A stretch of DNA of 32,000 bases from Synechocystis sp. PCC 6803 substr. PCC-P (lineage in GTDB: Bacteria > Cyanobacteriota > Cyanobacteriia > Cyanobacteriales > Microcystaceae): positions 1,230,001 to 1,262,000 of the forward strand of contig NC_017039.1 of assembly GCF_000284455.1 (NCBI RefSeq), read 5' to 3'. How positions within the stretch are numbered: the stretch's first letter is position 1; each line of letters begins with the position of its first letter. Shown here piece after piece: positions 27,516-32,000 of this stretch. Under the pieces are notes generated by a model. The model searched no databases and was not told the origin of the DNA. It saw only the letters and a program-made list of their open reading frames with translations. The position numbers and the translations under genes are program-made.

Positions 27516-28823
27516 TTACACCAAAGCAGAAGACACTTGGCTTTGTCCTTCCGCCACTAGGTCAAAATATTTCGCCAAACCTTCCTCTGGCCCCACCACG
27601 GAGAGATAGGGTTCGGCTAAATAGGTTTGGGCCACCCGTTGGGCATCGACCTCCGTTACCTTCTGCACCTGTTCCTGGAATTCGCTGTCAAAGGCTATAC
27701 CCAAACCCAAGGTTTCGTACCAGCCAAATAAATGGGCGATTTCCCCATTGGTTTGTTTGCCCAAAGCATATTGCCCCAATAGTTTGTTCTGCGCCGCTTT
27801 AATTTCCCCTTCCTCCAATCTTTCTTCACATAATCGGTCCGTTTCTGCCCTTAATCCCGCAATGGCGATCGCCGTATTTTCTGGAGCAGTGCCCATGTAG
27901 GTGACAAATTGGGAAGAACCTAAGCGGGTGGGATAAAAAGCCGACACGTCGTAGGCTAAACCCCGTTTTTCCCTTAATTCCACAAATAAACGACTAGAGA
28001 GGCCGTTACCAAGGTAGGTACTGAGCAATTTCAAAGGCGCATAATCTTCGTGTTTAACTCCGACTCCTAAATAACCCAAAAGCACCACCGACTGCTGGGT
28101 CGCCTGGGGAGTGAGCTGTTCTTGGGGGCAGGCATTTAACGGCGTTAGGATCGGACAAACAATCGATTGTTCCGGAATAACCCAATCCCCAAAACTAGTT
28201 TCGACCCAATCCTGGGCCTGGGCTAGGGTCAACCGTCCCGCCAAGCTGATTACCAAATTATCGGGGCGAAAATAGGCCTGGTGATATTCCCACAGATCCT
28301 GGGCAGTAAAGTGGGGCACCACCTCTTCGCTACCCAAAATGGAGTAACCGTAGGGATGGTTGGGATACATGGATTGGCGCAGTTGGTGGAAGGCCACGTT
28401 AAAGGGCTGTTCCCGCTGGGACTGAATTGCCTGGACAATTAAGCGTTTTTCCAGTTCAATTTCCCCCACGTCAAACCTGGGGTAACGCAGAATTTCTGCC
28501 GCTAAATCGAGGATGACAGGAAAATCGGCGGTGACGGTCTTTAAACTCAAAGCCCAGTAATCACTGGCCGCATCTGCCCCTAAATTAGCCCCTAAGGATT
28601 CGACAAATTCGGCAATGTCCAAGGCCGATCGCCGTTTAGTGCCCTTGGTGATCACTGTGGCCATGAGATTGGAAAGCCCCACTTTTTGGGGAGAGTCCCA
28701 ACAAGCCCCTGCTTGCTTTAAAAAAATCCGCCCCGCCACCAGATCCGCCGCTGGATTTTCTGCACAGATGAGGGTAATGCCGTTATCGAGAACAAGACGA
28801 TGGATGGACTGATGATTACGCAT
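27516..28823 (-). CDS. M16 peptidase family protein lacking the canonical HXXEH motif
   Basis: Start at MRNHQSIHRLVLDNGITLICAENP (ATG 28821-28823). M16 fold motifs (FVESLGANLGADAASDYWALSLKTV, LFVELREKRGLAYDVSAFY), but the HXXEH position reads ...VGLSNLMATVITKGTKR. Confidence 0.88.
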   Translation of the reverse strand: MRNHQSIHRLVLDNGITLICAENPAADLVAGRIFLKQAGACWDSPQKVGLSNLMATVITKGTKRRSALDIAEFVESLGANLGADAASDYWALSLKTVTADFPVILDLAAEILRYPRFDVGEIELEKRLIVQAIQSQREQPFNVAFHQLRQSMYPNHPYGYSILGSEEVVPHFTAQDLWEYHQAYFRPDNLVISLAGRLTLAQAQDWVETSFGDWVIPEQSIVCPILTPLNACPQEQLTPQATQQSVVLLGYLGVGVKHEDYAPLKLLSTYLGNGLSSRLFVELREKRGLAYDVSAFYPTRLGSSQFVTYMGTAPENTAIAIAGLRAETDRLCEERLEEGEIKAAQNKLLGQYALGKQTNGEIAHLFGWYETLGLGIAFDSEFQEQVQKVTEVDAQRVAQTYLAEPYLSVVGPEEGLAKYFDLVAEGQSQVSSALV

Positions 28824-28831
28824 AGATAGGG

Positions 28832-30124
28832 CTAGGATTCGGCTGCTTCTAGAAGTACCAGGGCATAGGCACCGGTGGACAGGTATCGCTGGGCTAGGGT
28901 TTGTAGGGCCTCGGGCCAATATTGTCTGACAATCTGGGGATAAGCGATCGCCAACTCAGCGGTGGCCAAGGTTTGATAGTAACCGTACAGACCCGCCAGT
29001 TGGGCCGGGGTTTCGGTGGAAAAAATAAAGTCATTACAGAGTAGCCGTTGGGCCCGGGCCAGCTCTGCTGTGCTGATGGGAGTAGTTTGCAAAGTTTGAA
29101 TGGCGGCGCAAATTTCCGCTTCTACCCTTTCCGCTTGGGCTGAAGTTAGGTAGGCATTGATTGTGAACAGACTGGCTTCTTTTTGCAGGGAAAAACAACT
29201 CTGGATGTCAAACACTAGCCCCAATTCTTCCCGCAGGCGTTGCACTAACCGGGCACAATGGCTCCCTGCCAGCACCACAGCCAGTAAATCTAAACCAATA
29301 TTATCTTGGAGGCGGTCAATGCCGGGGCCATTCCAACCCATGGTTAAACGACTGGGACCCAGTTCCGGTATCCGCAGGGTTTCCCGTTTAATGGTTTGGA
29401 TAGGATGATTGGGCAGTCTGGTGGTAGGAGGGCATTCGGACCGCACACCAAAATGGTCAAAAATTTCTTCCATATAGGCGATCGCTGCCTTTTCCCGGAT
29501 ATCCCCCACCATCACCACGGTCATATTTTCTGGCTGGTAATGGGTACGGTGGAAGCAACGTAACTGGTTGGCAGTGTAGTTTTGCACCGATGGTGCATCC
29601 CCCAATACGGAGCGGCCATAGGCGTGCTGGGGATGGAGTAACTGACAAAGAGCTTGAAATCCCAACCAATCGGGGTCATCTTCACTGCCCCGGATTTCCT
29701 CCAGCACCACCTCTCGCTCGTAGAAAAGACATTCTTCGGGGACTTCTGCTTGTAAAAGAATTTCCGCTAGGTAGGGTAATGTGCGGGGTAAATAGTCCGC
29801 CGCTGTGGTGAGGTAAAAATGGGCGTAATCATGGCTGGTGGCGGCGTTGGCCATGCCTCCGTTGTATTCAATTACCTGGTCAAACGCCCCCGGGGGCACC
29901 CGCTTTGTGCCCTTAAAAATCATGTGTTCCAGCAGATGGGCCACCCCCGGCCAAGCATCCGGTTCGGCGATCGCTCCGGCCCGCACCCACACATCTACCA
30001 CCGCCACAGGAACCGTGGGCACATCCTGGTGGATCAGGGTTAACCCCTGGTCAAAGGTAAAAATTTTGGCCGGAAAATCCGGTTTGGTCGGGCACAGTTG
30101 CACAGACACAAGGCGTATATCCAT
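28832..30124 (-). CDS. M16 family zinc peptidase (catalytic-type, HXXEH present)
   Basis: WPGVAHLLEHMIFKGTKRVPPGAFDQVIEYNGGMANAATSHDYAHFYLT; LVQRLREELGLVFDIQSCF. Confidence 0.92.
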   Translation of the reverse strand: MDIRLVSVQLCPTKPDFPAKIFTFDQGLTLIHQDVPTVPVAVVDVWVRAGAIAEPDAWPGVAHLLEHMIFKGTKRVPPGAFDQVIEYNGGMANAATSHDYAHFYLTTAADYLPRTLPYLAEILLQAEVPEECLFYEREVVLEEIRGSEDDPDWLGFQALCQLLHPQHAYGRSVLGDAPSVQNYTANQLRCFHRTHYQPENMTVVMVGDIREKAAIAYMEEIFDHFGVRSECPPTTRLPNHPIQTIKRETLRIPELGPSRLTMGWNGPGIDRLQDNIGLDLLAVVLAGSHCARLVQRLREELGLVFDIQSCFSLQKEASLFTINAYLTSAQAERVEAEICAAIQTLQTTPISTAELARAQRLLCNDFIFSTETPAQLAGLYGYYQTLATAELAIAYPQIVRQYWPEALQTLAQRYLSTGAYALVLLEAAES

Positions 30125-30313
30125 TGGGGTCTATGCCTTCTATCCTAGGCGATCGCCGTCTTAACCGTCGGTTAACCCCCCATCATTTTGTCTGCCTTTC
30201 GTGACAAGGTTGCCGGGAGTAAAATTTTTTGTCCCCCTACAGCTAAGGCTACCTGCACAGGCCCCTGTGGAAAAAGGGAGGAAAATCCATGCTAGGGTTG
30301 GGGACTAAGTTTA

Positions 30314-30425
30314 GTTGGTTCCATTGGGTAACAGCCAGTGGAGGTAACGGGGAAAAGCTGGTGCAAAGCCAATACTGTCCCGCAACTGTGATGGGCCCAG
30401 GCCCTAAGTCAGGATGCCCGCCAAC
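30314..30425 (+). promoter_or_regulatory. Cobalamin riboswitch (compact variant)
   Basis: ...ACGGGGAAAAGCTGGTGCAAAGCCAATACTGTCCCGCAACTGTGATGGG...AAGTCAGGATGCCCGCC... matches the B12-element core; GTTGG (30314-30318) pairs with CCAAC (30421-30425) as closing P1-like stem. Confidence 0.92.
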
Positions 30426-30465
30426 GATGGCCGATTCCGTTAATCAAATCTGCGAGGTACAGGTT

Positions 30466-31065
30466 GTGAATGTTACAGGTTTATCTAATTTACTGACTTT
30501 CCCCCGGCTCCTAGCCCACCATCCCTTTGGGGGCCATACCCCCAGTAATTTCCTGGAAGGTTTCCTCTCCGGCCTGGGGCACCCCGTCATTGGCCTAGAC
30601 CACCTTGCTTTTGTCATTGCCATTGGCCTGATTGCCGCTGGGTTACGCTACGGTTGGCTAATGCCCCTCATTTTTGTCGCCACGGCGATCACCGGCACAG
30701 GGTTGCATTTAATTGGGGCTAATCTGCCCCAGCCAGAATTGGTCATCGCCGGTTCCGTACTTTTATTCGGCATCTTCCTTGCTTTGGGTCGTCCTCTGCC
30801 ATCTCCCCTAGTAATGGGATTAGCCGCTGTGGCCGGTATGTTCCATGGCTACGCCTATGGAGAAGCCATTGTCGGGGCGCAAATGAATCCCGTTGCCGCC
30901 TATTTGCTCGGTTTTTCCTTCATTCAACTAGCGATCGCCATGGGAGTCTATGCCTTAGCCAAGGGCTGGTACGAAACCAAAGAAACCTTGCTCAATCTAA
31001 GATTTATTGGCTTTCTGCTAACAGGAGTAGGACTAGCCTTCACCTCCGGCGCCTTGTTGGGGTAA
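30466..31065 (+). CDS. hupE: HupE/UreJ family metal (Ni/Co) permease
   Basis: HHPFGGHTPSNFLEGFLSGLGHPVIGLDHLAFVIAIGLIAAG is the HupE/UreJ signature. Proposed GTG start at 30466 with GAGG at 30454-30457; alternative ATG at 30427. The track start 30289 lies upstream of the riboswitch. Confidence 0.85.
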   Translation: MNVTGLSNLLTFPRLLAHHPFGGHTPSNFLEGFLSGLGHPVIGLDHLAFVIAIGLIAAGLRYGWLMPLIFVATAITGTGLHLIGANLPQPELVIAGSVLLFGIFLALGRPLPSPLVMGLAAVAGMFHGYAYGEAIVGAQMNPVAAYLLGFSFIQLAIAMGVYALAKGWYETKETLLNLRFIGFLLTGVGLAFTSGALLG

Positions 31066-31120
31066 TTGCTTATGGGATAATAGGTTGCCTACAGTTTTTG
31101 ATTAAAAACTAAACCTTCCC

Positions 31121-32000
31121 ATGGTAACCGCTTCCCTGCCGACCCCTGTCCAGCCCGAGTTCGACACTACTATCCATCGCCGCAAAACCCGCCCTGTACC
31201 AGTAGGCGCTGTCACCGTTGGCGGTGGCCATCCTGTGGTGGTGCAATCCATGATTAATGAAGACACCCTCGATGTGGATGGTTCCGTCGCTGGCATTCGT
31301 CGCCTCCACGAAATTGGTTGTGAAATTGTCCGGGTAACGGTGCCCAGCATGGCCCACGCCAAAGCCCTAGCGGATATCAAGCAGAAATTACAAGCTACTT
31401 ACCAAGCCGTGCCCCTGGTGGCAGACGTACATCACAACGGCATGAAAATTGCTCTGGAAGTAGCCAAACACGTCGATAAAGTCAGGATTAACCCAGGGCT
31501 ATACGTTTTTGAAAAGCCCGATGCCCAACGGGAAGGCTACAGCGACCAGGAATTTGCTGAAATTGGCGAAAAAATTCGTGAAACCCTGGAACCATTGGTA
31601 ATTTCCCTACGAGATCAAGGGAAATCGATGCGGATCGGCGTTAACCATGGTTCTCTCTCCGAAAGAATGCTTTTTACCTACGGGGATACCCCCGAGGGCA
31701 TGGTGCAATCGGCCCTGGAATTCATCAAAATTTGTGAGTCCTTAGATTTCCGCAACCTAGTCGTTTCCATGAAAGCGTCCCGGGTACCGGTAATGTTGGC
31801 CGCCTATCGCCTCATGGTGAAACGTATGGACGAGTTGGGCATGGATTATCCCCTCCATCTAGGGGTTACCGAAGCCGGGGATGGGGAATATGGCCGCATT
31901 AAATCCACCGCTGGCATTGCCACCCTTTTAGCTGATGGCATTGGCGATACTATCCGGGTATCCCTCACCGAAGCCCCCGAAAAAGAAATTCCCGTTTGCT
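31121..32000 (+). CDS. ispG: 4-hydroxy-3-methylbut-2-enyl diphosphate synthase, 5' part (truncated by window edge)
   Basis: Manual translation from ATG 31121: [83 protein letters not shown]...[27 protein letters not shown]... Not in track because it runs off the edge. Confidence 0.96.
   Translation, partial: MVTASLPTPVQPEFDTTIHRRKTRPVPVGAVTVGGGHPVVVQSMINEDTLDVDGSVAGIRRLHEIGCEIVRVTVPSMAHAKALADIKQKLQATYQAVPLVADVHHNGMKIALEVAKHVDKVRINPGLYVFEKPDAQREGYSDQEFAEIGEKIRETLEPLVISLRDQGKSMRIGVNHGSLSERMLFTYGDTPEGMVQSALEFIKICESLDFRNLVVSMKASRVPVMLAAYRLMVKRMDELGMDYPLHLGVTEAGDGEYGRIKSTAGIATLLADGIGDTIRVSLTEAPEKEIPVC

Noticed and set aside
31102-31380. Minus-strand ORFs 31102-31380 and 31109-31357
   Set aside because: Antisense to the clear ispG coding sequence beginning at 31121.
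1-32000. Mobile elements, prophage, toxin-antitoxin or defence islands, rRNA/tRNA genes
   Set aside because: I found no transposase, integrase, terminal inverted repeats, restriction/CRISPR genes or tRNA-like folds that I could support by reading; a tRNAscan/Rfam scan would be needed to exclude small RNAs.

Overview
This 32 kb window looks like ordinary cyanobacterial chromosome. It is rich in the HIP1 palindrome GCGATCGC, and gene content and order resemble Synechocystis sp. PCC 6803 (recalled from memory, not searched). Most of it is housekeeping or metabolic: cobI, thrB, glmM, a 4Fe-4S ferredoxin, natE/livF-type ATPase, ribF, cp12, trpS, yqeK, rsfS, hemC, acyl-CoA transferase::GNAT fusion, pta, sfsA, a group 2 sigma factor, queE, murD, an M16 peptidase pair, hupE and 5' ispG. 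The most interesting locus is at the left edge on the minus strand (about 1-2755). It reads: periplasmic solute-binding protein (GrrP-like), two tandem glycine-rich secreted precursor peptides (GrrA-like), a small secreted hypothetical protein, and the N-terminus of a radical-SAM enzyme. That last gene (1-239, minus) is absent from the ORF track because the window edge cuts it; I translated it by hand and it reads ...QPTSYCNLDCDYCYLPDR..., a CX3CX2C motif. Nearly every aromatic residue in the precursor C-termini sits in an aromatic-X-Asn/Asp triad (9 and 10 copies), as expected for a three-residue-cyclophane (GRRM/triceptide-type) RiPP. Other signals the track does not explain are a compact cobalamin riboswitch (about 30314-30425) before hupE that makes the track's hupE start untenable and leaves little room for a signal peptide, an unannotated 38-codon single-TM ORF 6 nt downstream of cp12, and an unannotated 55-aa very basic ORF between trpS and yqeK.
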